From: Myxococcota bacterium
Lineage (GTDB): Bacteria; Myxococcota_A; UBA796; UBA2385
NCBI GenBank assembly: GCA_044344255.1
Contig: JBIJDH010000003.1
Location: 384,001 to 448,000, forward strand
Direction of reading: 5' to 3'
DNA length: 64,000 bases
Position 1 is the first letter of the stretch; the number at the start of each line of letters is the position of its first letter. The notes beneath the pieces are model-generated. The model was not told the DNA's origin. It saw only the letters and a list, made by a program, of their open reading frames with translations, and searched no databases. Below, one piece after another: positions 1-9,787 of the stretch. Made by a program: the position numbers and the translations under genes.

Positions 1-104
1 CCGCTGCTGCCCCCCGCCTTCTCGGGCGAGCAGGCGACCAGCAGGCAGAGGAGCCCTGTCGCGAGGAGGGGGGCCGGGCCGGGGAGGCGGAGCGTCCGGA
101 TCAT
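1..104 (-). CDS. N-terminus of a putative lipoprotein, running off the left edge of the window
   Basis: Read by hand: ATG at 104 overlaps the phosphatase stop (ATGA). Translation MIRTLRLPGPAPLLATGLLCLLVACSPEKAGGSS has a hydrophobic core and an LVAC lipobox. Confidence 0.6.
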   Translation of the reverse strand, partial: MIRTLRLPGPAPLLATGLLCLLVACSPEKAGGSS

Positions 105-2083
105 TCGATCACCACGGGGGGGCTGAGGAGGGCGCCGCTCGCGTCGATGTCGGCTTGAACGACGGCCTCGAGCGTCAGGGTGCCCGATCCCACGCCGGCG
201 CTGCTCGCGAGCGGGGGGAGGGCCTGGTTGCTGGCGTAGAAGGGGGTGTCATCGACGAGGATGACGCTGATCGCGATCGAGAGGCCCGCGGTAGGCAGGC
301 CCTCCGGGTAGAGCGAGGTCCAGGGCAGCAGCGCCTCGAAGCCCCCCTCCGTAGTGCCCGTGGGGGCGCTGTCTCGGGCGGGCCCGTACAGCGTGGAGCG
401 ATTGCCGTCGTCGAAGTTGGTCATGGCGAGCATCCACCACATGTCCTCCGGCGCGCCGAAGCGGTCGTTGAAGCCGCGGATCCCTGCGTATTCGTTGAGC
501 TCGCCGTGGTTGATCTCGTAGCCCTGGAGCTCGACCGCGGCGAGATCGAAGCCCACACCGGGGACCGAGACCTCGAGGTTCAGGCCGCCGAGCAGGGTGT
601 CGGTGACGCCATAGGGGTCGATGAGGGCAAAGTCATCAGCGCCGAGGCCGGTGGAGGCGCCGTAGTCCATGTCGACCAGCACGAGCGCCGCGTTGTTGCC
701 CATGGCGAAGACGCCGTCCACGCCGACCCGGATGCCGTCCTCGTCGGAGAGCAGGTAGAGGGCGTCGAGCTGGTTGTAGCCGGCGCCGAAGTCGGTGTCC
801 CAGGTCTGGACCGAGACCGGCGCGCCGAGGTCGCCCATCCAGCCGTCGACCACGGCGGGCACCTCGGGGGGCGCGAACTCGAGCTCGTCGATGGCGGCGC
901 GGAGGACCTGGTTCACCCAGAGGTCGTCTTCGCGAACCCCATCGAAGACGGTCGCCCGGGCGCCCCAGCCGAAGACCGGGACGTCGGCGTTGGTGTGCTT
1001 GCCCCAGCGCCACCGCGTCTCGGGGATGGTGCCCGCCGCGACCACGCCGGCGTCGGTCACCTCGAGGCCGCCGCACTCGTGGTCGGCGGTGACGAGCACG
1101 GTCACGTTGTCGTGCAGCGCCGCGAAGGCGAGGACGGCGGCGATGGCGTCGTCGAAGGCCGCCGTCTCGGGGTGGACGTTGGAGCTGAGGTTCGAGTGAG
1201 AGGCGTGGTCGATGCGCGCCCCCTCGACCATCAGGAAGAAGCCCTCAGGGTCGTCGTCGAGGCGGTCGAGGGCGGTGGTGGTCATCTCCACCAGCGAGGG
1301 GGTGAGGAGCGGGTCCTCCACGACGAAGGGCATCTCCCGGGCGGCGAAGAGGCCGACCAGCGGCTTGTCTTCGCTCGGGGCGGCGAGGAGCTCGTCGCGG
1401 GTGGTGACGAGGGTGACGGCGGTGGGGTCGATGAGGGGCGACATCACCGTGAAGCCTCCGCCGAGCAGCACCGTGGGCAGGACCTCGGTGATGGCGGTGG
1501 AGATGGCCTCGTCCTCGTAGCGGTCTTCGAGGTGGACCAGGAAGGCGGAGGGCGTGGCGCCGTAGAGCTTGTCGCGGGTGACCACGCCGGTGGCCATTCC
1601 GCGGCTGAGGGCGGCCTCGGTGAGGTTGGGGGCGGCGAACCCGTCCTTGTCGAGGCCGAGGCGGCCGTTCCAGGTCTTCTCGCCGCAGGCCATCGCGGTG
1701 CCGGCGGCGGCGGAGTCGGTGGTGCCGGTGAGCGAGGCCGTGCGCACCCGCCCCTGGTAGGGCATGGTCTCCATCGCGAGGGAGCCGGCGGCGCCGTTCT
1801 TGTAGATGCCGCCGCCCTTGACGTGCTCGAAGCCCATGCCATCGCCGATCATCAGGATGACCATCGGCGGCTCGGTGGGCTCGGGCCACACGATCTCTCC
1901 GGTGTCTCCTGCGGAGTCCCCCCCGTCGGCGCCGTCGGCCCCGTCGGCGCCGTCCGTCCCATCGGCGCCGTCAGCCCCCTCATCGCCGCCACCGTCGGCG
2001 GGACTGGAGGACTCCGGAGGCGCGGCGGGCGGCTTCGGGTCGCAGGCGAGGAGCAGGACGCAGAACAGGGAGGTCGGGCGCAT
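101..2083 (-). CDS. Alkaline phosphatase family lipoprotein with an extra ~250-aa C-terminal domain
   Basis: LLAC lipobox and acidic DGA linker. AP motifs VILMIGDGMG, TDSAAAGTA (catalytic Ser), VEGARIDHASH, VTADHECGG and KHT. Confidence 0.9.
   Translation of the reverse strand: MRPTSLFCVLLLACDPKPPAAPPESSSPADGGGDEGADGADGTDGADGADGADGGDSAGDTGEIVWPEPTEPPMVILMIGDGMGFEHVKGGGIYKNGAAGSLAMETMPYQGRVRTASLTGTTDSAAAGTAMACGEKTWNGRLGLDKDGFAAPNLTEAALSRGMATGVVTRDKLYGATPSAFLVHLEDRYEDEAISTAITEVLPTVLLGGGFTVMSPLIDPTAVTLVTTRDELLAAPSEDKPLVGLFAAREMPFVVEDPLLTPSLVEMTTTALDRLDDDPEGFFLMVEGARIDHASHSNLSSNVHPETAAFDDAIAAVLAFAALHDNVTVLVTADHECGGLEVTDAGVVAAGTIPETRWRWGKHTNADVPVFGWGARATVFDGVREDDLWVNQVLRAAIDELEFAPPEVPAVVDGWMGDLGAPVSVQTWDTDFGAGYNQLDALYLLSDEDGIRVGVDGVFAMGNNAALVLVDMDYGASTGLGADDFALIDPYGVTDTLLGGLNLEVSVPGVGFDLAAVELQGYEINHGELNEYAGIRGFNDRFGAPEDMWWMLAMTNFDDGNRSTLYGPARDSAPTGTTEGGFEALLPWTSLYPEGLPTAGLSIAISVILVDDTPFYASNQALPPLASSAGVGSGTLTLEAVVQADIDASGALLSPPVVIE
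1921..1979 (-). repeat. 9-nt tandem repeat encoding a (DGA/DGT)n acidic linker
   Basis: Repeated gccgtcggc-like units giving EGADGADGTDGADGADGADGG. Confidence 0.8.
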
Positions 2084-2189
2084 GGCGGCAGTGTAGCGCA
2101 GGCCCCGACTCTCCGTGGCGGTCTGTCACAGCCCCGTGCTACGGTCGTCACACGGACGGCGGTGGGTGGGCGCCCATCTCGGAGGCCTC

Positions 2190-3005
2190 ATGCTCGCACG
2201 ATCTTCAATTTCGACTTGTCTCGGTCTGACGCTGCTCCCCCTCTCCGTCGCCTGCTCCTTCGACACCGGGAAGAGCCAGTTCTGTGATCGAGAGGTGCTC
2301 ATCGACGGCAAGGTGGCCGGAAAGTCGGTGAACTACGAGGACTATGAGGTCCAGTCGGTGTTCTTCAACACCAGCTTCGAAGAGGACGCGCTGCGAGAGG
2401 CCGACGCCATCGACCGCGAGGTGATGGCCGAGCTCGGGCTCGACCCCGATGATCCGGAGGACCTCGCGCGCTATCGGTACTTCACCGAGGCCTACGATCT
2501 GCGCTTCCTCTTCATCGAGCAGCTCGACAGCACGGATTACGGCTCCCTCGGCGCCTCGATCGGCCGCGACCTGGGCATCTACTATTTCGACCTCGCCGCC
2601 TCCGGGATCCAGCCGGACACGGCGATCACCGTGATGGACGCCTCTGGTGTCGCCGTCGCGCGTGAGTCGGGAGACACCGACGCCCTCGGAGCCGAGCTGC
2701 GAAGCGTGATCGACGAGATGCGCGAGAACGGTCACCCTGACCTCATCGTCGCCTTTGATCCCGACCGCTCCGACGAGGGGCAGGCACAGGCCTCGTTGAT
2801 CGACCTCTTCGGCGAGAGCGCCGAATTTGCTGACTCGGGGAAGGGGCTGTTCAACGGCGTTTTGGACAGCGCGGGGAACGAGCTCGACGCGCTGACCTAC
2901 CCCGTCGCTGACCTCGACAGCATGAGCACGCAGGTCGACGTGACCTTCGGCGAGCAGGTCGTGTCTATCGACGCCACCTGCGTGGTCGTCAACGTCAGCG
3001 GTTGA
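2190..3005 (+). CDS. Hypothetical acidic lipoprotein
   Basis: GGAGG upstream of ATG 2190. Signal MLARSSISTCLGLTLLPLSVAC. Codon usage typical of the window. Confidence 0.75.
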   Translation: MLARSSISTCLGLTLLPLSVACSFDTGKSQFCDREVLIDGKVAGKSVNYEDYEVQSVFFNTSFEEDALREADAIDREVMAELGLDPDDPEDLARYRYFTEAYDLRFLFIEQLDSTDYGSLGASIGRDLGIYYFDLAASGIQPDTAITVMDASGVAVARESGDTDALGAELRSVIDEMRENGHPDLIVAFDPDRSDEGQAQASLIDLFGESAEFADSGKGLFNGVLDSAGNELDALTYPVADLDSMSTQVDVTFGEQVVSIDATCVVVNVSG

Positions 3006-3063
3006 GCGCGCCGGGTCGGGCGCGGAGGTGCGTGGCGCCGACCCTCGCCGTCCGTTCTCGTCT

Positions 3064-5124
3064 TCAGTGGCGCTCCGCCGGACACGCGGCCGCCCAGGCC
3101 TGCCTCGCCGCGGGCGCCGCTTGCGTCTCCTCCTCGAGGAGCGCGGCGTCTTCGGCCTCGCAGCCCACCCGGATGGCCCAGGTCTTGCCCACGCCGGCCC
3201 AGTAGGCGGCGCCGCGCTCCGGGGCAGTGCCCAGGCAGGCCCCCGCCAGCGCGGCGCGGGCCTCAGCGTCCGGGGGGCCTTTGGGAGGGCGGGCGACGTC
3301 CCGCCAGGAGCGGACGCCGGTGCGGCCCTCCACCCAGGCTACACCGCGGGCGACGCAGACCCCGAGGAACAGCCGCTCATCGAGGTTCCCATCGGGTCGG
3401 CCTGGGTCTTCGCTGGCGGGCCAGGCGTTGGCCACCGAGGCCCCCGCCGCGGCGCCCACCGCCGCTGCGAGGGCGGGGCTCTGCGTCGAGAGGGCGTCGA
3501 GGCGCGTGACCGTGTCTCCGCGCAGCTTGTCGTCGGGGAGGACGAGCGCGCGGCTGATGCCGAGGGCGAGCTGATCGGCGGCTCCTGGGGTGTCGGTGAG
3601 CGCCAGCGCGGGCGGGACGTAGGCGTCGAGGCGCTGGCCGACCTCGCCGTCGAGGCCGATGCCGATGCGCCGGCCGAGCTCGAAGACGTGGGAGAGGCGG
3701 CAGTCGGGGAGCGGGTCCTGATGGGCGCTGATCCAGCGGCGAGCGGCCTCGACGTCCACGGGGCGCCCTTGGCCGCGGAGCATGCGCTGGAGCGGCTCTC
3801 CGGGGGGCACGGTGAGGTCTGCCCAGCCGCCGTGCCGGAAGACGCGGAGGTCGACCAGCGCGGGGCGCGGCCCCTCCCATTGGCTGAGGCGGAGGCCTAC
3901 TCCGACGCAGATCAGGGCGGCGAGGGCGGCGAGGGCGCCTCGACGGAGCCGCTCGGGGAGGGCCCGCTCGCCCCCGCCGAGGCGCGGCAGCAGCAGCGCG
4001 GCGCCCAGCGCGAGGATCGGGAAGAGGGGAATCCGGTAGCGAAGGTTGAAGCTGGGGTCTTCGTAGAGGTCGGGGAGGTTGGACCAGAGGTCGTAGCGGG
4101 TGACATAGGCCCCGAGCAGCCCGAGGAGGGCGAGGGGGGTGTAGAGGGCGGCGAGCCGCGCCGCGGCGCTCTGGCGGGAGGGGCCGGGCGGCTCGGCGGC
4201 GGGCGAGCGGAGGCCCCGGAGGGTCAGGGCCATGCCGAGGAGCCCGAGGCCCCAGAGGCCGAGCCAGTAGAGGTCGGGGATCGGCCGCGGCACGGCATAC
4301 TCGGCGTCCAGCCAGAGGCCGGCGCGGAGGTAGTCGCCGAACAGCCAGTCGAGCAGCGCGCCCGGCGGAGACAGGTGGAGCTGGCCGATCCAGTCGGCAG
4401 AGTAGTCCGCCGCCGGCGCGCGATCACGGTGGTACAGCCACCAGGGCAGCAGCCCGCCTGCGAGGCCGCAGAGGAAGAGCGGGGAGAGGGCTCTGCCGGC
4501 GAGGAGCGCGAGGAGGAGGAGCGCGGGGAGCGCGTGACCGCTGGTGTGGCAGTACCAGAGGCCGAGGCCGGCGGTGGCGCCCGCGACGAGCATCAACGGC
4601 GCCCGCGCGAGCCCGCCGCGCCCGGCCGCGGCGCAGAGGAGCAGCGCCGCGAGCAGGGGAAAGGCCATCGACTCGGCGTGGTTGCCCCAGCCGGTGAGGG
4701 CGAGGTCGCGGTAATAGCCGGGCGCGGCGACGATCAGGGCGACGAAGAGCGCGCCGGCCGCCGAGCGACGGGTCGGGGCGGCGAGGCCGACCAGGGCGGC
4801 GCCAGCGGCCACGATCACGGCGTGAAAGGTGAGCGGGACGAGCTTCCAGACGAGGACGGTGGGGCCGAAGGCGCGAAAGAGCGGGGCGCTCATCAGGCCC
4901 TCCGCCGTGCAGCCCCCGCAGAAGGTCCGGTATTGGAGGTTGCCTGCGGCCTCGACGTGCCCGCAGGCGAAGTGGACGCCGCCGCGCGCGTTGAACAGCT
5001 CCTCCCAATGGAGCCGCCCCCAGGGCCCGAGGGTCATGTCACCGAGGCAGAGCAGGAGCTCCAAGAGGACGAGCGCGGCCACGCGGCGCGGGGTCCACCA
5101 GCCGGAGCGCGGGGGCGCGGTCAT
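3064..5124 (-). CDS. Polytopic membrane protein, GT-C-fold glycosyltransferase-like (paralog A)
   Basis: N-terminal TM followed by acidic motif WEELFN, about 10 hydrophobic segments and a soluble C-terminal domain. Shares ACGHVEA, LQYRxFCGGCT, TGxGNHxE and FNLRYR with 5121..6704. Confidence 0.6.
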   Translation of the reverse strand: MTAPPRSGWWTPRRVAALVLLELLLCLGDMTLGPWGRLHWEELFNARGGVHFACGHVEAAGNLQYRTFCGGCTAEGLMSAPLFRAFGPTVLVWKLVPLTFHAVIVAAGAALVGLAAPTRRSAAGALFVALIVAAPGYYRDLALTGWGNHAESMAFPLLAALLLCAAAGRGGLARAPLMLVAGATAGLGLWYCHTSGHALPALLLLALLAGRALSPLFLCGLAGGLLPWWLYHRDRAPAADYSADWIGQLHLSPPGALLDWLFGDYLRAGLWLDAEYAVPRPIPDLYWLGLWGLGLLGMALTLRGLRSPAAEPPGPSRQSAAARLAALYTPLALLGLLGAYVTRYDLWSNLPDLYEDPSFNLRYRIPLFPILALGAALLLPRLGGGERALPERLRRGALAALAALICVGVGLRLSQWEGPRPALVDLRVFRHGGWADLTVPPGEPLQRMLRGQGRPVDVEAARRWISAHQDPLPDCRLSHVFELGRRIGIGLDGEVGQRLDAYVPPALALTDTPGAADQLALGISRALVLPDDKLRGDTVTRLDALSTQSPALAAAVGAAAGASVANAWPASEDPGRPDGNLDERLFLGVCVARGVAWVEGRTGVRSWRDVARPPKGPPDAEARAALAGACLGTAPERGAAYWAGVGKTWAIRVGCEAEDAALLEEETQAAPAARQAWAAACPAERH

Positions 5125-6704
5125 GGAGACGGCTCGCTGCAGAGGTAGGGGCGGCAGGCGCAGAGGGCCGCCGCGACGGCGGGAGCCGCTCCCGGCGCCG
5201 CGATCACGGCGAGGCCCCGGGCGAGGCCGCTCCGGAGCGCCTGGGCGTCGTCGGGGTGGGGATCGGCGGGGAGGGCCGCGCAGCGCTCCGCTTCGCCGGC
5301 GCCGCCGAGGCCGACCCTACGTCCGAGCTCGAAGAGGTGGTCTTGTCTGCAGATCGCCAGCCTGTCGACATGTTGATCGAGGAAGGCGGCTGCGGCGACG
5401 AGGTCTTGCGGGCGCCCCTGGGCCCGGTCGAGGCGCTGCGGTGGGGCGCCGACCGGGACGGTGGCGTCCGCCCGATCACCGGCGACGAAGGCCGGCGGGT
5501 GATCGACCTCGGTCCAGCCGCCCACCCGGCGCGCCCCGCCCACGATCAGCCAGCCGCCAAGCAGGGCGAGGCTCAGGCCCCTCGGGCCGCGGCGAGGGAC
5601 TGACGCCGCTGCGAGGGCGGCACCCAGCCACAGAAGCGGCAGCAGAGGTGCGCGATACCTCAAGTTGAAAGGGTCGTATCCGCGAACGGCCGGATTGTCG
5701 TCCCAGAGGTCAAAGCGGATCAGCCAGGCCGTGAGGAGGCCGCCGCAGAGCAGCAGGGGGAGCGCTCGCGCGGCGTGGACGGGGGCCGGGCGGCCGCCCG
5801 CGTGGAGCGTCGCGCCGCCGAGGCCGAGCAGCAGCAGGCCTCCCCAGAGCGCTCCACCCAGGAGGTCGAGCTCCCCCTGGGGGCCGTCGGGCCAGAGCCC
5901 ACCCTCGAGAAAATCGCCGACTAACCATCGGTACAGCGCGTCAGGGGGGGCGAGGGTTGCGGCGTGCAGGGAGAGCGGATCGGCCGCGAGGTGGAGCGGG
6001 ATGGCGTGGTGTTGGAGGGCAAAGGGGAGGAGGCCGACGAGCGCGCCGGCGATCCCGATCAGCCCCCGCGCCCGCGTCGCCCAGAGCCCGACGAGGAGGA
6101 GCCCGGGGAGGGCGTAGGCGGTGCTGCGACAGAACCAGATCGAGGCCCCGGCGAGGAGCCCTGCGGTGAAGAGCTGCGCCAGCGCGGCCGGCCCCGCGCC
6201 GGGAGCCCCCGCGCGGCAGGCCCGGGCGCACAGGGCCGCGGCGCTCAGGGTGAGCGCGCTCGCCTCGATGTGGTTGCCGAAGCCGGTGAAGGAGAGCTCC
6301 CGGAAGAACTCGGGCGCAGAGAGGGCGAAGGCCAGGAAGGCGGCGCCGGCGAGGGCCCCCGCGAGCTCCCGCGCGAGGAGGGCGCCAGCGCCGACGAGCA
6401 GCAGGTGAAAGCCGGCGGGCACGAGCTTCCAGACGAAGGTGCCCGCGCCGAGCAGCCGGAGGAGCGGGGCGGCGAGCAGGGCCTCGGTCGTGCAGCCGCC
6501 GCAGAAGGGTCGGTATTGGAGGGCCCAGAGGGCCTCCACGTGCCCACAGGCGAGCTGCGCTCCGGCGATGGCGTTGTAGCGCTCCTCCGTGCTCACGCGG
6601 AGGCCGGGGCCGAAGCGGAGTTCGACCAGGGTCGCGAGCAGCTCGAGCGCGAAGAGGCCCGCCAGCAGGCGATCGGCGCGAGGGACATTCACGGACAGGC
6701 CCAC
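5121..6704 (-). CDS. Polytopic membrane protein, GT-C-like (paralog B)
   Basis: TEERYN after TM1. Same conserved blocks as 3064..5124. ATGA overlap with that gene. Confidence 0.6.
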   Translation of the reverse strand: MGLSVNVPRADRLLAGLFALELLATLVELRFGPGLRVSTEERYNAIAGAQLACGHVEALWALQYRPFCGGCTTEALLAAPLLRLLGAGTFVWKLVPAGFHLLLVGAGALLARELAGALAGAAFLAFALSAPEFFRELSFTGFGNHIEASALTLSAAALCARACRAGAPGAGPAALAQLFTAGLLAGASIWFCRSTAYALPGLLLVGLWATRARGLIGIAGALVGLLPFALQHHAIPLHLAADPLSLHAATLAPPDALYRWLVGDFLEGGLWPDGPQGELDLLGGALWGGLLLLGLGGATLHAGGRPAPVHAARALPLLLCGGLLTAWLIRFDLWDDNPAVRGYDPFNLRYRAPLLPLLWLGAALAAASVPRRGPRGLSLALLGGWLIVGGARRVGGWTEVDHPPAFVAGDRADATVPVGAPPQRLDRAQGRPQDLVAAAAFLDQHVDRLAICRQDHLFELGRRVGLGGAGEAERCAALPADPHPDDAQALRSGLARGLAVIAAPGAAPAVAAALCACRPYLCSEPSP

Positions 6705-8086
6705 CAGCGGCCGACGACCGCGGCGTCGAGCGCGGTGTGGAGGGCGGCGAGGCCGTCCCAGGCGCCGCCGAGGCGGGGGTGGTGGTCGCAGAGGGGCGTG
6801 GACCAGGCCCTCACTTGGGCCTCCGTGCCGGCGAAGACGCGGTGGCGGTCGCCCTCGTCGAGGAGGGGGAGCGGCCAGACGGTGCGCGCGAGGTCCGCCC
6901 GCTCGCCCGAGGCGATGACGACGACGACTCCGCCGGGTCGCAGGTCGTCGACCGGGACCCCTCGGAGGGCGAGGTCCAGCATCACGGCGCCGGGCTCGGC
7001 GGCGGGGGAGGCAGAGATCCAGGCCCCGTCGACGACGAGCGGCCGAGCGGGGAGCGCGTACAGGCGGTCGGCGATGCGGGTCTCGAGGGCGAGGCTGCCC
7101 GGGCGGCGGAGCGCGTCGGCGCCGTCTTCGGGATCGGGGGGCGGACGGAGCAGCAGCAGGCCGAGCAGGGGGCCGGGCCCCGTCAAGGCCGCCCAGCCGG
7201 CGAGGGCCGGCAGGCTCAGCAGGCGGAGGTGGTAGTCACGGAGGTGGGCGACCCCGAAGCCGGCGGCGCAGAGCAGGGCGGCGGCTGCGACGGTCGCCAG
7301 CGCGAGGGGGCGGGTGCGGGCGGAGAGGAGGCCGACGATCAGGCCGCCCGCAATGAAGAGGGAGGCCGCACCTCCAACTTCGAAGAAGGTGGTCACGGCG
7401 TCTTGGAGGAGCGCGGCGGACCCTTGGGAGGGCTGTGCGGCGGCCACCTCGAAGAGGCCCCCGAGGCCGGGGAGCGGCAGCAGGAGGCCCGGCAGGAGGC
7501 CGAGGGCGGCGCGGCGGTGGGCGGGCAGGGTGAGGAGCAGCGGGGCCAGGCAGAGCGAGAAGGGGTGGTTCATCACCGCGAAGCCGAAGCCGAAACCGGC
7601 GAGGAGCCCCGCCCGACCGGGCCGCTGGAGCCCGACCCCGAGGGCCATCACGCCGGCCCAGCAGGGGCCGAGGTAGGCTCGGGCGCCGCTCGTGGTGGTG
7701 TCGATGAGCCCGGGATCGAGGGCGACCGTGAGGCCGACCAAGGCCGCCGCGCCCCAGGCTCGCCCGCTCCGGCCCAGGACCAGCAGGACCCCGAGGGGCG
7801 CGGCGAGGGCGTGGACCACGAACAGGGCTCGGACCGCCGACCACAACGAGGCCACCCCGCCGAGGATCACGGTGTAAGGCAGGTTCAGACCCCAGCCGAA
7901 GAGCGGCGCGTGAGGCCGCCAGCGCTGGTCCGAGGCGGCCCGCCACCAGGGGCCGACGCTGTCACCAAGCACCTGCGCCGTCCCCAGCCCTCGCCAGCGC
8001 AGGGCCAGCGCCAAGCCGAAGGCTCCCCCGATCAGGAGGACCTTCAGCAGAGCAGCCTTGCCACCCCTTGGGCCAACGCCGAACAA
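6689..8086 (-). CDS. Polytopic membrane protein, possible GT-C/ArnT-like glycosyltransferase
   Basis: TM1 ending ALALRW, then GDS loop and HAPLFGW, multiple TMs and a soluble C-terminus. Overlaps the downstream gene. Start codon uncertain. Confidence 0.5.
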   Translation of the reverse strand: MFGVGPRGGKAALLKVLLIGGAFGLALALRWRGLGTAQVLGDSVGPWWRAASDQRWRPHAPLFGWGLNLPYTVILGGVASLWSAVRALFVVHALAAPLGVLLVLGRSGRAWGAAALVGLTVALDPGLIDTTTSGARAYLGPCWAGVMALGVGLQRPGRAGLLAGFGFGFAVMNHPFSLCLAPLLLTLPAHRRAALGLLPGLLLPLPGLGGLFEVAAAQPSQGSAALLQDAVTTFFEVGGAASLFIAGGLIVGLLSARTRPLALATVAAAALLCAAGFGVAHLRDYHLRLLSLPALAGWAALTGPGPLLGLLLLRPPPDPEDGADALRRPGSLALETRIADRLYALPARPLVVDGAWISASPAAEPGAVMLDLALRGVPVDDLRPGGVVVVIASGERADLARTVWPLPLLDEGDRHRVFAGTEAQVRAWSTPLCDHHPRLGGAWDGLAALHTALDAAVVGRWWACP

Positions 8087-8140
8087 GCAGGCCTCCGTGG
8101 CCGAGGGCTCCAGGACGAGCGCCCCCGCCGCGGCGGCAGC

Positions 8141-9712
8141 TTAGCCCGCGGAGTGCGCCTCGAAGGCGGCGCGCTTGCCGGACTCGATGGCCCCCTGCAT
8201 CCAGCCCGACCAGATCGAGGTGTGCTCCCCACAGAAGTGCACCCGCCCTTCGGCCAGGCCCGCTGCCTTGAACAGCCACCACTGCCCGGGCAGGATGTCG
8301 CACCAGGCGCCATAGACCCAGGGATCTTCTCCCCAGCACTTCTGGTCGTAGAGGACGGTCTGCGCGGAGAGGTTGGGGAAGAAGGCTTCGATTCGCTCGG
8401 TGATCCAAGCGCGACGGTCTGCCTCGGGCTGCGCCATCATCGCCGCGGCGTTCTCGTGCTGCAGGTAGGCGGTGATGAGGCCGGTCGCGCCATCCTGGCA
8501 ATTGCTGAGGTCCCAGATGCGCTCGGCCTGGGAGTCGGTCTTGGCGATCTTGAGCCCGCCGATGCCCTCGGCCTGCCAGAAGCGGGTGCGCGTCTGGAAG
8601 AAGCCTCGGGAGCTGCCCATCATGAACATCTCGTCGATGGCCCGGGTCTTCTCGGTGGAGAAGGCGGGGCTGACCGGGATGTCGCGGAGGATGGTGAAGG
8701 GGATGGCGCAGATGAGGTGGTCACCCTCCACGGTCTTGATGTGGCAGTCGTCCTCGACGTAGGTGACCTTGACGCCCTCATCGCTGTGTTCGATGTGCAG
8801 AACGACACAGTTGAGCTGCACCACGTCGCCCAGGCGCTCGGCGAGGCCGGTGGGGATGAGGTCGTTGCCGCCCTTGACGTGGAAGGTGCGGTCCCAGGCT
8901 TGGTCGGCCACCTCCTGCGCCATCCAGGGCAGGGCGCCGATGGTGCTGAGCTCGGAGCCGTTGTCGGCGCCGTAGAGGGCGAGCCAGTCGTCGCTCGCGC
9001 CCTGGGCGACGAGGTAGTCGGTCCAGCTGTAGCCGTCCCACAGGGCTTCGTTGGCGGCGCCGGGGAAGGTGCCGTCGCGCGGGTTGCCGAACTCTTCGAA
9101 GTGCGCCGCGATGTAGTCGCTCCACATCCCGAGGCCGTGGATCTGCTCGTCGGCGGTGAGATCGAGGGGCCAAGCTTCGCCCTCGGTGTGCATGAAGCGG
9201 TCGCCGTGGATGTAGTAGAGCGGCTCTCCGCCGACGAACTCCTCGAGCTCGAGGCCGAGCTCCTCGACATAGCCGAGGGTGTGTTCGTGCACGTCGGGGA
9301 TGCGCACGGCGCCGTATTCGCCGACCTGATCGTTCAACCAATGGCGGGAGCTGTGGACGCGGCCGCCGACGCGGTCCTGAGCCTCGAGCACCACGACCTC
9401 GTGGCCCAGACGGACGAGCTCAGTGGCGGCGCTGAGCCCAGAGAGCCCGCCGCCGATGACGATGACCTTCAGGGGTTCACCCGAGCCGCCGTCGGAGCCC
9501 TCGAGCGGGCCCCCACCCGTGTCGGCTCCGCCGCCGGGCCCACCCGAGCCGCCGGTGTCCTCCGCGCCTTCCTTCTCAAAGCAGCCACCGAGGTAGACCG
9601 AGACGCCGGAGGTCGCCAGGACGCCGAGGAACCGTCGTCGGTCGATCTCCCACTGGGCGCGTGCCTCGGGGCTCTGGTGCAGGCGGCGCGGCACCTTGAA
9701 GTCATGGGCCAT
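8141..9712 (-). CDS. Flavin monoamine oxidase / L-amino acid oxidase family, Tat-exported lipoprotein
   Basis: DRRRFL twin-Arg motif and LGGC lipobox. FAD motifs IGGGLSGLSAA, EAQDRVGGR, EYGAVRIP and HFCGEHT...WMQGAIESG. GGAGA upstream of ATG 9712. Confidence 0.9.
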   Translation of the reverse strand: MAHDFKVPRRLHQSPEARAQWEIDRRRFLGVLATSGVSVYLGGCFEKEGAEDTGGSGGPGGGADTGGGPLEGSDGGSGEPLKVIVIGGGLSGLSAATELVRLGHEVVVLEAQDRVGGRVHSSRHWLNDQVGEYGAVRIPDVHEHTLGYVEELGLELEEFVGGEPLYYIHGDRFMHTEGEAWPLDLTADEQIHGLGMWSDYIAAHFEEFGNPRDGTFPGAANEALWDGYSWTDYLVAQGASDDWLALYGADNGSELSTIGALPWMAQEVADQAWDRTFHVKGGNDLIPTGLAERLGDVVQLNCVVLHIEHSDEGVKVTYVEDDCHIKTVEGDHLICAIPFTILRDIPVSPAFSTEKTRAIDEMFMMGSSRGFFQTRTRFWQAEGIGGLKIAKTDSQAERIWDLSNCQDGATGLITAYLQHENAAAMMAQPEADRRAWITERIEAFFPNLSAQTVLYDQKCWGEDPWVYGAWCDILPGQWWLFKAAGLAEGRVHFCGEHTSIWSGWMQGAIESGKRAAFEAHSAG

Positions 9713-9787
9713 ATCTTCTCCATTCAGGGTCCGTACCCTGTGCAATCATTGCGACTCGGCGACGCTACCACAGTCCGTTGACGATCG

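Noticed and set aside
6737..9781. 1014-aa plus-strand ORF, and similar long antisense ORFs (155..2287, 3028..5148, 28971..32717, 40811..44128, 44279..46066)
   Set aside because: Shadow ORFs opposite motif-supported genes. High GC3 suppresses stops on the antisense strand, and the translations have no recognisable motifs.
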